A stretch of DNA of 64,000 bases from an uncultured Pelagibacteraceae bacterium (GCA_902592285.1 CACJED010000001.1:3379-67378); one strand, 5' to 3'; positions 11,047 to 20,240 are shown, counted from the first letter of the stretch. Program-made: numbers and translations. The notes: generated from the letters alone by a model not told the origin.

Positions 11047-11623
11047 AATATTTATCTCCATTCCTCTTAGATAAATCGTCAACTATTGCAGATATACTGC
11101 TGTTATTAATTTCTGCACCAATTAATTTTTTAGTTATTTCTGAAGCAGTTTCAATTGCTATCTTATTAATTTTTGCAGGAGCATCCTTTCTTAGCTGGTT
11201 GATCTCACTTTCCGCTTTTTTAATTTCCTCGTCAATTTGCTTATCTAAAACTTCTTTTTTAGCATTAATATCTTTTAATGCTTTTTCTCTAGCTTCATTA
11301 AAAATATTTTTTGCATCACTTTTACCTTTGTAAATAATTTCTTCATATTCTTTAGATTTGGCCTCGCTCTCTTTTCTTTGTTTGTCCGCTGCCTCAATAT
11401 TATCTGAAATTTGTAATTTTCTTGATTCTAAATTAGCACTAATTTTTGGTAATATTAATTTTGATAAAATTATATACAAAATACCAAAAGTTATAGTCAA
11501 CCAAAAAATTTGTGAAACCCAAAATTCAGGATTTAATTGAGGCATACCTCCACTCTCAGCAGCAAAAACTTTTTTTATAAAAAAATAAAAAAAAAATGAC
11601 TGATAAGTAACTTTTTTAATCAT
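11036..11623 (-). CDS. F0F1 ATP synthase subunit b' (second b paralogue)
   Basis: GMPQLNPE..SQIFWL signature of alphaproteobacterial b'. Confidence 0.92.
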   Translation of the reverse strand: MIKKVTYQSFFFYFFIKKVFAAESGGMPQLNPEFWVSQIFWLTITFGILYIILSKLILPKISANLESRKLQISDNIEAADKQRKESEAKSKEYEEIIYKGKSDAKNIFNEAREKALKDINAKKEVLDKQIDEEIKKAESEINQLRKDAPAKINKIAIETASEITKKLIGAEINNSSISAIVDDLSKRNGDKYYGN

Positions 11624-11629
11624 TCAAAT

Positions 11630-11857
11630 CTAAAAAGCAAAAAGAATAATTAATGCAACTACCAATCCAAAAAGACCAGTAGCTTCTGCAAGTGCAAACC
11701 CTAATAGTAAGTTTGGAAACTGTTTTTGTGCAGCAGATGGATTTCGCATCGCACCTGATAAATAATTTCCAAAAATTATTCCAATACCAACACCGGCACC
11801 TGCTAGAGCGATTGCTGCTAATCCTGCACCGATCATTTTTGCTGCTTCTAATTCCAT
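11630..11857 (-). CDS. atpE: F0F1 ATP synthase subunit c
   Basis: GAGVGIG, RNP loop, ALAEA proton-binding Glu; GGAGG RBS upstream on minus strand. Confidence 0.98.
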   Translation of the reverse strand: MELEAAKMIGAGLAAIALAGAGVGIGIIFGNYLSGAMRNPSAAQKQFPNLLLGFALAEATGLFGLVVALIILFAF

Positions 11858-11875
11858 TATATCCTCCTTTATAAG

Positions 11876-12610
11876 TTAATGGTGTAAATTTAATGCATCA
11901 TTTAAATAGATGCAGGTTAAGATCGCAAAAACATATGCTTGAAGAAAAGCAACTAATATCTCCAAACCTGTTAAGGCAACCGAAAAACTTAGTGGAAGCC
12001 ATCCACCAACTACTCCAAGGCTAATAACAAAACCTCCGAACACTTTCATCATAGTGTGACCGGCCATCATATTTGCGAATAATCTAACTGACAAGCTTAT
12101 AGGTCTGCTTAAATATGAAATTATTTCAATTATAACTATTAATGGGAGCAGAACTGTTGGCACTCCGCTAGGCACAAATAATTTTAGATATCCAAACCCA
12201 TGTTTAATAAAACCAATTATTGTAACGCCTATAAAAATAAATGCAGCCAACATAAAAGTTACTATGATGTGACTAGTGACTGTAAAAGTGTAAGGAATCA
12301 TCCCAAACATATTGCAGAATAAAACAAACATAAATAGAGAAAATATAAAAGCAAAATATGGTCTAGCTTTTGATCCTGCGGTATCACTTATCATTTTTGA
12401 TACAAAAGTGTAACTTAGCTCAGCTAAGAGTTGAAGCTTTGTAGGCAAAAGAGAATTTTTTTTTGATCCTAAATTAAAAATTATCATTATTGCAATTGAA
12501 CTTACAACCATAAATAAGCTTGCATTAGTAAATGAGATATCAAATGCACCTATCTTTATTTCAGGTCCAATTCGATATACCTCGAATTGTGTCATTGGAT
12601 TTGCTGCCAT
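11876..12610 (-). CDS. atpB: F0F1 ATP synthase subunit a
   Basis: RPISLSVRLFANMMAGH, LQAYVFAILT. Confidence 0.98.
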   Translation of the reverse strand: MAANPMTQFEVYRIGPEIKIGAFDISFTNASLFMVVSSIAIMIIFNLGSKKNSLLPTKLQLLAELSYTFVSKMISDTAGSKARPYFAFIFSLFMFVLFCNMFGMIPYTFTVTSHIIVTFMLAAFIFIGVTIIGFIKHGFGYLKLFVPSGVPTVLLPLIVIIEIISYLSRPISLSVRLFANMMAGHTMMKVFGGFVISLGVVGGWLPLSFSVALTGLEILVAFLQAYVFAILTCIYLNDALNLHH

Positions 12611-12619
12611 ATAAAAAAT

Positions 12620-12895
12620 CTATTTCTGCATATTTTTTGCTGACTTGATTACATTAATTATCCCTGCAATTACGCCAACAAAAAAAAATATTATAATTAA
12701 CCATGGCTTAGTACCAAAGGTCTTGTCTAAAATAAACCCAATAATTGTCCCTACAGCTACTGCAGATACTAATTCTGTACTTAGTTTAAAAGCAGCGCCA
12801 ATAGAGGAAGAATTTTGATTATTCTCCCTCAAATTCTTTTTTGAGAGCTTTTTTTTTGCAATCTCCAAGCGAGTTTTAAACTGATCTTTATTCAT
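12620..12895 (-). CDS. atpI: ATP synthase protein I (AtpZ/AtpI family)
   Basis: two-TM protein with GFILDKTFGTKPW motif, first gene of F0 operon. Confidence 0.88.
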   Translation of the reverse strand: MNKDQFKTRLEIAKKKLSKKNLRENNQNSSSIGAAFKLSTELVSAVAVGTIIGFILDKTFGTKPWLIIIFFFVGVIAGIINVIKSAKNMQK

Positions 12896-12901
12896 TAAAT
12901 T

Positions 12902-15298
12902 TTAAGCAACCATATTTTCGGCTTTTTGAAGGTCCACAGCTACGAGCTGGCTTATTCCTTTTTCTGGCATAGTTACACCGTAAAGTCTATCCATTTTTGA
13001 CATAGTTAAAGCATGGTGAGTTACAATTATAAATTTTGTACTTGTAATTTTTGTTAGTTCCTCCAAAAGGCTACAAAATCTTGTTACGTTTGCATCATCT
13101 AGTGGCGCATCAACCTCGTCTAAAACACAAATAGGTGATGGGTTTGTTAAGAATACTGCAAATATCAATGATAGTGCAGTTAAGGCTTGTTCACCCCCAG
13201 ATAGTAAAGTAATTGATTGCAATCGTTTTCCTGGTGGACTAACTAACATCTCTAATCCTGCTTCAAGAGGATCATCGGAGTCAACCAATTCTAATTTTGC
13301 ATTACCACCATTAAATAATTTTGTATAAACTTCATTAAATTTTCTATTAACTTTCTCAAAGGCCTCAATTAATCTTTCTCTTCCCTTTTGATTTAATTCA
13401 TCAATACTTTCTTTAAGTTTGATTATAGCTGTGACTAAATCTGATCTATCTTGCTCCATTTTTTTAATTTCGATTTCGTATTTATTTGTCTCTTCATCAG
13501 CTTTTAAATTTACAGATCCAAGTTTCTCTCTTTCTTGTTTTTTTTTATCTAGTCGATCTTCTTGGTCTATATGATTAGGTAACTCCTCTAAACCATTTAA
13601 ATTTGAGTTTTCTAAAATATTATCTTCATTTAAATTAAGTTCAGAATTCACTCTATCAAGCAAGTCTGATTTTCTTTTAGTCAAACCCTCAATAGTAGCC
13701 CCAGAGCTTGCTTTCCTTTCTCTAATCTGAATGGATTGTTCCTGAACTTTATTTAATTCATTTCTTAATTTTTCAATTTTATCGTCAGTATCACTGATAA
13801 TTCTTTCATTGTCATTTTTTTCTTCCTCAGAAATTCTTAATCCTTCGGTGATTTGACCTTTTTTTTCAGCTTGTAATTTTGGTTGATTATCTAATTTATC
13901 TAATTGTGTAATTAATTTACCCTTTCTTTCCGATAGTTCATTAACCATCTTTTCTGAATTTGATAATAAATTTTTCCAACTTTCTATTTCTTTATCTATA
14001 ATCTTAATTCTTTCATTTCTTTTGATAGATTCTTTCTTAATATTTTCATTTTTACTAAAACTGTTTGCATATTCTTCGATGAGTGTATTACAATTATTTA
14101 ATACATATATTGCTTCCTGATTTTTTTGAGAATTAATAAGGTCTTTAATTTTTTCTATTTCAAGTTTTAACTTCTCTTTAGAGGAATTAAGATCATCGTT
14201 TGATTGTTTTTCTGACTCATAATATTTGGAATCTATTTCTATCAGTTCATTTTTTTCTTCTTTAAGTCTTTTTTCATTTGAATTAGCATCAATTATTATT
14301 CCTTTTTCTCTTGAAATATCTTCTTCTAGAGTTTTAAGAGAATCTTTGATAGATTTTAATTCATCTTGAATTCTAGTATTTTCATCATCTATGCTCTGTA
14401 GTTCTAAATTTAATCTTTGAATTTTAGATAAATTTTCAATATTTTTTTCTCTCAATGGATTTACTTTTTCAATTTCTATTTTAATTTGTTTTTCAAATTC
14501 ATTTATTTTTTGATTAAATCCCTCAACTTCATCTCCTGCCTCTGAATTAATTTCATTTTCAATTCTAATTTCTTTGTCTATTTCAATTAATCTTAAATAA
14601 TAAAGTCCAGCTTCAATTTTTTTTATTTCTTCAGAAATAAGTTTGTATCTTGTTGCTTCTTCCGCTTGTTTTTGAAGGTTAGCTAATTGTTTCTCTTGCT
14701 GTCTTCTTAATTCATCTGCTCTTTTTAAGTTATTTTCAGCAGCACTTAATCGTAATTCTGCTTCATGTCTTCTTACATGTAATCCAGAAATTCCTGCAGC
14801 TTCCTCTAAAATAGCACGTCGATCAGTTGGTTTAGCAGTCACTAATGCTCCAATACGCCCTTGGCTTATTATAGATGGGGAGTGAGCTCCAGTTGATAAA
14901 TCAGCAAAAAACATTTGAGCATCCCTCGCTCTTACTTCTTTGTCATTTATGTAAAATTTAGATCCTTTATCTTTCTCTATTTTTCTTCTAACATTTACCT
15001 CTTCTAATTCTCGGTATTGTATTGGACCCTCGTGATTAGGATTAGAAACTGTAATAGACACCTCAGCTATATTTTTAGATGCTTTGTTTGAAGTTCCAGA
15101 AAATATTACATCTTCCATTCCAGAACCTCTCATGCTTTTTGCTGATGTTTCACCCATTACCCACCTAAGGGACTCGACAATATTTGATTTTCCACATCCA
15201 TTTGGACCAACAATTCCAGTAAGACCAATTTCAATTAAAAAATTAGTCTTATCAGCAAAAGATTTAAATCCATTGAGTTGGATTTTTTTAAACTCCAT
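12902..15298 (-). CDS. smc: chromosome segregation protein SMC, unusually short (798 aa), no recognisable hinge
   Basis: GFKSF, Walker A GPNGCGKSN, SMRG, Q-loop SQG, LGSVN, LSGGE signature, LDEVDAPLD Walker B/D-loop. Confidence 0.95.
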   Translation of the reverse strand: MEFKKIQLNGFKSFADKTNFLIEIGLTGIVGPNGCGKSNIVESLRWVMGETSAKSMRGSGMEDVIFSGTSNKASKNIAEVSITVSNPNHEGPIQYRELEEVNVRRKIEKDKGSKFYINDKEVRARDAQMFFADLSTGAHSPSIISQGRIGALVTAKPTDRRAILEEAAGISGLHVRRHEAELRLSAAENNLKRADELRRQQEKQLANLQKQAEEATRYKLISEEIKKIEAGLYYLRLIEIDKEIRIENEINSEAGDEVEGFNQKINEFEKQIKIEIEKVNPLREKNIENLSKIQRLNLELQSIDDENTRIQDELKSIKDSLKTLEEDISREKGIIIDANSNEKRLKEEKNELIEIDSKYYESEKQSNDDLNSSKEKLKLEIEKIKDLINSQKNQEAIYVLNNCNTLIEEYANSFSKNENIKKESIKRNERIKIIDKEIESWKNLLSNSEKMVNELSERKGKLITQLDKLDNQPKLQAEKKGQITEGLRISEEEKNDNERIISDTDDKIEKLRNELNKVQEQSIQIRERKASSGATIEGLTKRKSDLLDRVNSELNLNEDNILENSNLNGLEELPNHIDQEDRLDKKKQEREKLGSVNLKADEETNKYEIEIKKMEQDRSDLVTAIIKLKESIDELNQKGRERLIEAFEKVNRKFNEVYTKLFNGGNAKLELVDSDDPLEAGLEMLVSPPGKRLQSITLLSGGEQALTALSLIFAVFLTNPSPICVLDEVDAPLDDANVTRFCSLLEELTKITSTKFIIVTHHALTMSKMDRLYGVTMPEKGISQLVAVDLQKAENMVA

Positions 15299-15306
15299 GA
15301 GTTAAC

Positions 15307-15897
15307 TTATATCAGTTTTTCTAGAGTTTTTTTTAAATTTTTATAATTTAGAGATTTTTCAAACTTTTTATCATTAATAATAATCGTAGGAGTAGCATTT
15401 ACTTTAAATTTTTTAACACCTTCGATTCGATCATTTAAAACAAAATCCTCTATACTTTTGTTGTTTGTACACTTTTCAAAATCAACTTGAATTCCTTCAG
15501 AAACTAAAAATTTTTTCAAGTTTTCATTAACCTCATCAATTGTTCCACCTTTGATCCATTTTGATTGATTAAGGTATAAAATATTTAAAATTTCTGAATT
15601 ACCATCATTTTTACATTGAGCGATCTTTGATGCATTAAAAGCAGCAACATCTAATGGAAAATGTCTAAATTCAATCTTAGCTATACCAGTATCAATATAT
15701 TCTTTTTTTAAATCTGGCAAAACATCAATATGAAAATTTGCACAGTGACTACAAGTTAATGACTCGTAAGCGATAATACTTATTTTGGCATTTTCATTGC
15801 CAATAACTATTCTCTTAATTTCATTAGAGCTACTATCATTAATTAAAGAAGTATGAATTGAAAATATAAATAAGAAAAGTGTAATTAGTTTCTTCAT
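15307..15897 (-). CDS. DsbA-family thiol:disulfide oxidoreductase
   Basis: signal peptide, CSHC active site, FRHFPL, cis-Pro ATPT. Confidence 0.9.
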   Translation of the reverse strand: MKKLITLFLFIFSIHTSLINDSSSNEIKRIVIGNENAKISIIAYESLTCSHCANFHIDVLPDLKKEYIDTGIAKIEFRHFPLDVAAFNASKIAQCKNDGNSEILNILYLNQSKWIKGGTIDEVNENLKKFLVSEGIQVDFEKCTNNKSIEDFVLNDRIEGVKKFKVNATPTIIINDKKFEKSLNYKNLKKTLEKLI

Positions 15898-16382
15898 TTT
15901 TTTTTAAATACTTTTGTAAGCTCCATTAATGATTTTTTAATTTTGTCATTTTTAATCTCCTTAATCTTGTTTTGATATTTCTTTATTGTCACATTTTTTT
16001 CTTTTTTTTCTTTGGGAGAAACAATATTTTGATTATGGTCAAAACTGATAAATTTTAATTTTTCAACAACTGAATATCCAAAAAAAACATTCATCTTATC
16101 TATAATGTCTTTTTTTGAATACTCTAAATCAACTTCATGGCCTCTTTTGACCATAATCATCAGAGTACTTACTCCAAATCTGTTAGAATTTTTGAAAGAT
16201 TTTGGATAACAAATTTTAAATAGTTTTTCTCCAACTAAATATTTCCAATTATTTAATGTTTCAGAATATATATGACCTTTTTTATTAATAATTTTTTTGA
16301 CATTTTTTGGCAAAGTATCTCGAAATGATCTTAACCCTTGAATGACAGTGTTTCTCTGCTTAGTATTATTTTTAAATTGCAT
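15894..16382 (-). CDS. DUF721/DciA family protein (replicative helicase-operating protein)
   Basis: W..LVG...C.P pattern, N.FFGY.VV.KL.F motif and basic tail; dsbA-smc neighbourhood as in alphaproteobacteria. Confidence 0.75.
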   Translation of the reverse strand: MQFKNNTKQRNTVIQGLRSFRDTLPKNVKKIINKKGHIYSETLNNWKYLVGEKLFKICYPKSFKNSNRFGVSTLMIMVKRGHEVDLEYSKKDIIDKMNVFFGYSVVEKLKFISFDHNQNIVSPKEKKEKNVTIKKYQNKIKEIKNDKIKKSLMELTKVFKKK

Positions 16383-17369
16383 ATGAAAGATTTAATAATA
16401 ACAAATAAAATTCTTAATTGGTACGATATAAATAAAAGATCTTTACCTTGGAGAAAAAAAGTTTCCCAAAAAAAAAGAGAGTATTATACACTCATAAGTG
16501 AATTTATGTTGCAGCAAACCCAAGTTGCAACTGTGATACCGTATTTTAATAGATTTATTAAAAATATTCCTAACATCGAAAAGTTATCTAAATTTGACAA
16601 CAGAAAATTGATTAAACTTTGGGAAGGTCTTGGATATTATTCAAGGGTAAGAAATTTAAAAAAAACAGCGAAGATTGTAGTTAAAGACTTTAATAAAAGA
16701 TTACCTCAAAATTTTTCAGATTTGAAATCGCTTCCAGGAATTGGAGATTATACAGCGAGTGCTATCTTAGCGATTGCATTCAATGAACCAATTATTCCAT
16801 TAGATGGTAATATCGAAAGAGTATTGAAAAGATATTTATATTTAAAAAAACAAACTCAAATTAAAAAAGAAAATCTACAGGAGCAAAAAAAAATTTTTGG
16901 CACATCAACAAAAAGGTCCAGTGATTATGCTCAGGCCTTGATGGAACTAGGAGCTTTAATTTGTAAGCCAATTAATCCTAATTGCAAAAAATGCCCATTA
17001 TCAAAAAAGTGTAAATCATTTAAAAATAATGATTTTGATTTAGTTAAATCAATAAAAAAAGATAAGGAAACTTTTTATAAATTAAATGTTTATAAAAAAA
17101 ATAATCAATATTTGTTAATCAAAAATAATAAATTTAATTTTTTAAAAAATTTTAATATTTTTCCCATGGAAAAATTAAATGATCCTAAAAATTTTGATAA
17201 AGATTTGAATTTAAAAATGTCAAATATGATTATGAATATCAAAATTGAATATAAAAATAAATATAATCTAAAAAAAAAAAGTTATTGGATTGATCCTTCA
17301 AAGCTTCAAAATTATACCCTGCCAACATTTACAAAAAAGATAGTAAAATTTTTAGAAAGTCATAAATGA
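16383..17369 (+). CDS. mutY: A/G-specific adenine glycosylase
   Basis: LPWR, SEFMLQQTQV, WEGLGYYSR, HhH LPGIGDYTA, C-X6-C-X2-C-X5-C Fe-S motif; start placed at ATG 16383. Confidence 0.95.
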   Translation: MKDLIITNKILNWYDINKRSLPWRKKVSQKKREYYTLISEFMLQQTQVATVIPYFNRFIKNIPNIEKLSKFDNRKLIKLWEGLGYYSRVRNLKKTAKIVVKDFNKRLPQNFSDLKSLPGIGDYTASAILAIAFNEPIIPLDGNIERVLKRYLYLKKQTQIKKENLQEQKKIFGTSTKRSSDYAQALMELGALICKPINPNCKKCPLSKKCKSFKNNDFDLVKSIKKDKETFYKLNVYKKNNQYLLIKNNKFNFLKNFNIFPMEKLNDPKNFDKDLNLKMSNMIMNIKIEYKNKYNLKKKSYWIDPSKLQNYTLPTFTKKIVKFLESHK

Positions 17370-18508
17370 AAAAAATAGCAATAATTGGTGCTGGAATTTC
17401 TGGTTTATATATTGCCAATTTATTTAAAGATCATAAGAATTATCAGGTTACGATTTACGAAAAAAGGAATTCAATAGAGATAGATGAGGGCTATGGAATT
17501 CAGCTGTCAGTAAATAGCGTGAAACTTTTAAATAAAATAGGATTTACTTCCCTCACCGATGAGGAAAAATTTAATCCAAAAAAAATTGATTTTTATGAAA
17601 TTAAAAATTCAAAAAAAATTTGTGACATAGACATTTCAAAATTTAATTCTGAAGATTGTAAATACACAACATTAAAAAGATCAAAATTACTTCAATTTTT
17701 AAAAATACAACTAGACGAAGATTTAATTAAGTATAACCACAGTATTGAACAGATCGATTATGATAAAGATTCAATAAAATTAATATTTAATAAAAATAAA
17801 ATAACTTGTGACTATTTAATTATTTCAGACGGTGTGTTTTCAAAGGGGAAGTTATTAATTTCAACTAATAAATCAAAACCAATTTATAATGATACGATTG
17901 CTATTAGGGGCAATTTATCTAAAGAAAATCTAAAAAATATTAACGGAGAAAATATTTCTTTGTTTTTAGGGCCAGATTTTCATTATGTTGTTTATCCAAT
18001 TAATAATGATAAAAATTTCAATTTTATTGGCATTTTAAAACATAGATTAAATTCAAATGAGCAAGAGAACTATAATCTTTTTACCGAGAGCTCATTTATA
18101 AAAAATATCAAATTTAAATTATCTCAAAAAGTTTCTCATGATGTTTTCGAAAGTCTTCAAAATATTAAATTATTTCCAATATTTGTAAGTAAAAATTTAT
18201 ATAATCCCCCCAAAAATATATTTCTTGCGGGAGATGCATTTTTTGCTTTTCCCCCTTCATTTGCACAGGGAGCTTCACAATCAATTGAGGGAGCTAATGA
18301 ATTATACGAATGTTTAATAAATAACAATAATTTTTATAATATCAGATTAAAGAGAGTAAAAATGATTAATAGCAGATCTAATTTCAATCAATTTGCCTTC
18401 CATTTATCAAATCCGATAATGACCACTTTTAGGAATATTTTTTTAAAAATTTTAACTAAAAATAAAAAATTTTTACAGAGTTATTTGGGTAAAATTTATA
18501 AAAATTAA
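17366..18508 (+). CDS. FAD-dependent monooxygenase (group A, salicylate hydroxylase-like)
   Basis: GAGISG, SDG and LAGDA..FPPSFAQGASQSIE fingerprints. Confidence 0.85.
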   Translation: MKKIAIIGAGISGLYIANLFKDHKNYQVTIYEKRNSIEIDEGYGIQLSVNSVKLLNKIGFTSLTDEEKFNPKKIDFYEIKNSKKICDIDISKFNSEDCKYTTLKRSKLLQFLKIQLDEDLIKYNHSIEQIDYDKDSIKLIFNKNKITCDYLIISDGVFSKGKLLISTNKSKPIYNDTIAIRGNLSKENLKNINGENISLFLGPDFHYVVYPINNDKNFNFIGILKHRLNSNEQENYNLFTESSFIKNIKFKLSQKVSHDVFESLQNIKLFPIFVSKNLYNPPKNIFLAGDAFFAFPPSFAQGASQSIEGANELYECLINNNNFYNIRLKRVKMINSRSNFNQFAFHLSNPIMTTFRNIFLKILTKNKKFLQSYLGKIYKN

Positions 18509-19575
18509 TTTTTAGAAATTAATCTTTGTCTTAGATAATCAATTGGGTAAGTTCGTCCATTTATATTACAGTGCCAAAAAGTCCATCCATTACAACTTTC
18601 AGCCCCTAAAATAGTAGCCGCAACTTTGTGTATAGATCCTTCAGCTTGATTATGTTTTATACTACCATCAGCTTTAATTATGGCTGTTATTTTTTTCTTA
18701 TTATCAAAAATATTAGTTCCAGGTTTAATTATTCCAAGTTCAACAAGTGAACCAAAAGGAATTCTTGGTTTTGATCTATTATTTTTTAGTGTATCTAACA
18801 AATCATCCTCAATAGGTTTTGTAGTTTTTAAGCGTTGCTCAGCAGCTTTAAAATAATTTTTTTCTTTTTCTATTCCGAAATAACTTCTTCCTAGTTTTTT
18901 TGCTACTGTAGCTGTTGTTCCTGATCCTAAAAAAGGATCAAGTATGAGGTCGTTTTTATTAGATGTAGCTAGTAAAATTCGATGTATTAGTGCTTCTGGT
19001 TTTTGTGTGGAGTGAATTTTTTTTCCATCTTTTTTGAGTCTTTCAGAACCATTGCATATTGGAAGATTCCAATTAGATCTCATCTGCAGGTCATCATTTA
19101 AACATTTTAAAGATTGATAATTGAATGTATATTTTGATTTTTCACTTTTAGATGCCCATATTAAAGTTTCATGAGCGTTAGTAAAACGGGTTCCTCTAAA
19201 GTTTGGCATTGGATTATTTTTATTCCAAATGACATCGTTTAAAATCCAGAAACCTAAATTTTGGATTGCTGTGCCAACTCTAAAAATATTATGGTAGCTT
19301 CCTATAACCCAAATAGCCCCATTTTTTTTTAAAATTCTTTTACACTCACTAAGCCACTTATAAGTGAAATCATCATATTTTTTAAAATTTTCAAATTGAT
19401 CCCACTCATCATTTACTGCACAAACTTTTGATCTATCTGGTCTAGTTAGTTCGCTTTTTAATTGTAAGTTGTAAGGTGGGTCAGCAAAAATTAAATCAAA
19501 AGTTTCACGTGGAATTTTTTTTAATTCTTCTAGACTGTCTCCATTAATTATTTTGTTTTTGAACTCAGTTTTCAT
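18505..19575 (-). CDS. ccrM: orphan N6-adenine DNA methyltransferase, CcrM family (GANTC)
   Basis: DPPYNLQL, GSYHNIFR, NPMPNF.GTRF.NAHET, HSTQKP, DPFLGSGT, C-terminal SIH/NGW.FW domain; no adjacent endonuclease. Confidence 0.95.
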   Translation of the reverse strand: MKTEFKNKIINGDSLEELKKIPRETFDLIFADPPYNLQLKSELTRPDRSKVCAVNDEWDQFENFKKYDDFTYKWLSECKRILKKNGAIWVIGSYHNIFRVGTAIQNLGFWILNDVIWNKNNPMPNFRGTRFTNAHETLIWASKSEKSKYTFNYQSLKCLNDDLQMRSNWNLPICNGSERLKKDGKKIHSTQKPEALIHRILLATSNKNDLILDPFLGSGTTATVAKKLGRSYFGIEKEKNYFKAAEQRLKTTKPIEDDLLDTLKNNRSKPRIPFGSLVELGIIKPGTNIFDNKKKITAIIKADGSIKHNQAEGSIHKVAATILGAESCNGWTFWHCNINGRTYPIDYLRQRLISKN

Positions 19576-19587
19576 TTATAAAAATTA

Positions 19588-19616
19588 ATTAGACTCCAAT
19601 AGGACTCTACGGTCAA
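19588..19616 (-). promoter_or_regulatory. putative sigma70 promoter of ccrM with embedded GANTC sites
   Basis: minus strand TTGACC-N17-TCTAAT ending 12 nt before the ATG; GANTC at 19592-19596 and 19603-19607. Confidence 0.65.
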
Positions 19617-19667
19617 CCTCAGATTGAAAATTTTAGATTCAAATAGTGCTTTGAAATAAATTAGTAA

Positions 19668-20240
19668 CTAGATGTTGTATGTCGATACTTTTGATATTGG
19701 TGAAAAAGTTTTTCTGTGATGTTTAGTAATACCTAGTTTTTTTATCGCTTTTAAATGCTGCTTTGTTCCGTACCCAAAATTTTTATCCCAATGATAGCCT
19801 TTATTTTTTTTTGACAATGTAGTTATAAATTTATCTCTTGATACTTTTGCAATTATTGAGGCTGCTGAAATGGAGGGAACTTTTTTATCACCTTGAATAA
19901 CAGATTTTAAATTATAATTCCTCAATTCTGGAATTTTATCTCCATCTATTAAAATAAGTGATGGTTTTTTCTTTAGTTTTTTTATAGCTCTTCTCATAGC
20001 CAGTAAACTTGCTTGTAAAATATTTAGGTTTTCAATTTCTTTAACAGAAGCTTTCCCTAAAGACCAAATTGAATTGTTTTTTATATAATTAGATAAATAT
20101 TCCCTTTTTTTTTTAGTAAGAGATTTTGAATCTTTTAATAACTTTGGATTTATAGTTTTCTTTAAGATTACTGCAGCAGCAAAAACAGGTCCTATTAAAC
20201 TTCCCCTTCCGACTTCATCTACTCCAGCAGTAATTTTCAT
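19668..20240 (-). CDS. rnhB: ribonuclease HII
   Basis: GVDEVGRG, DSK, IDG, SAASIIAKV. Confidence 0.96.
   Translation of the reverse strand: MKITAGVDEVGRGSLIGPVFAAAVILKKTINPKLLKDSKSLTKKKREYLSNYIKNNSIWSLGKASVKEIENLNILQASLLAMRRAIKKLKKKPSLILIDGDKIPELRNYNLKSVIQGDKKVPSISAASIIAKVSRDKFITTLSKKNKGYHWDKNFGYGTKQHLKAIKKLGITKHHRKTFSPISKVSTYNI

Noticed and set aside
12902-15298. Short SMC-like ATPase as RecN, SbcC or Wadjet JetC
   Set aside because: Head motifs (GFKSF, SMRG, LDEVDAPLD) and the DUF721-dsbA-smc context match housekeeping Smc; no sbcD or jetABD neighbours
18505-19575. DNA methyltransferase as part of a restriction-modification or defence system
   Set aside because: Clear CcrM orthologue in its usual position beside rnhB, with no endonuclease nearby
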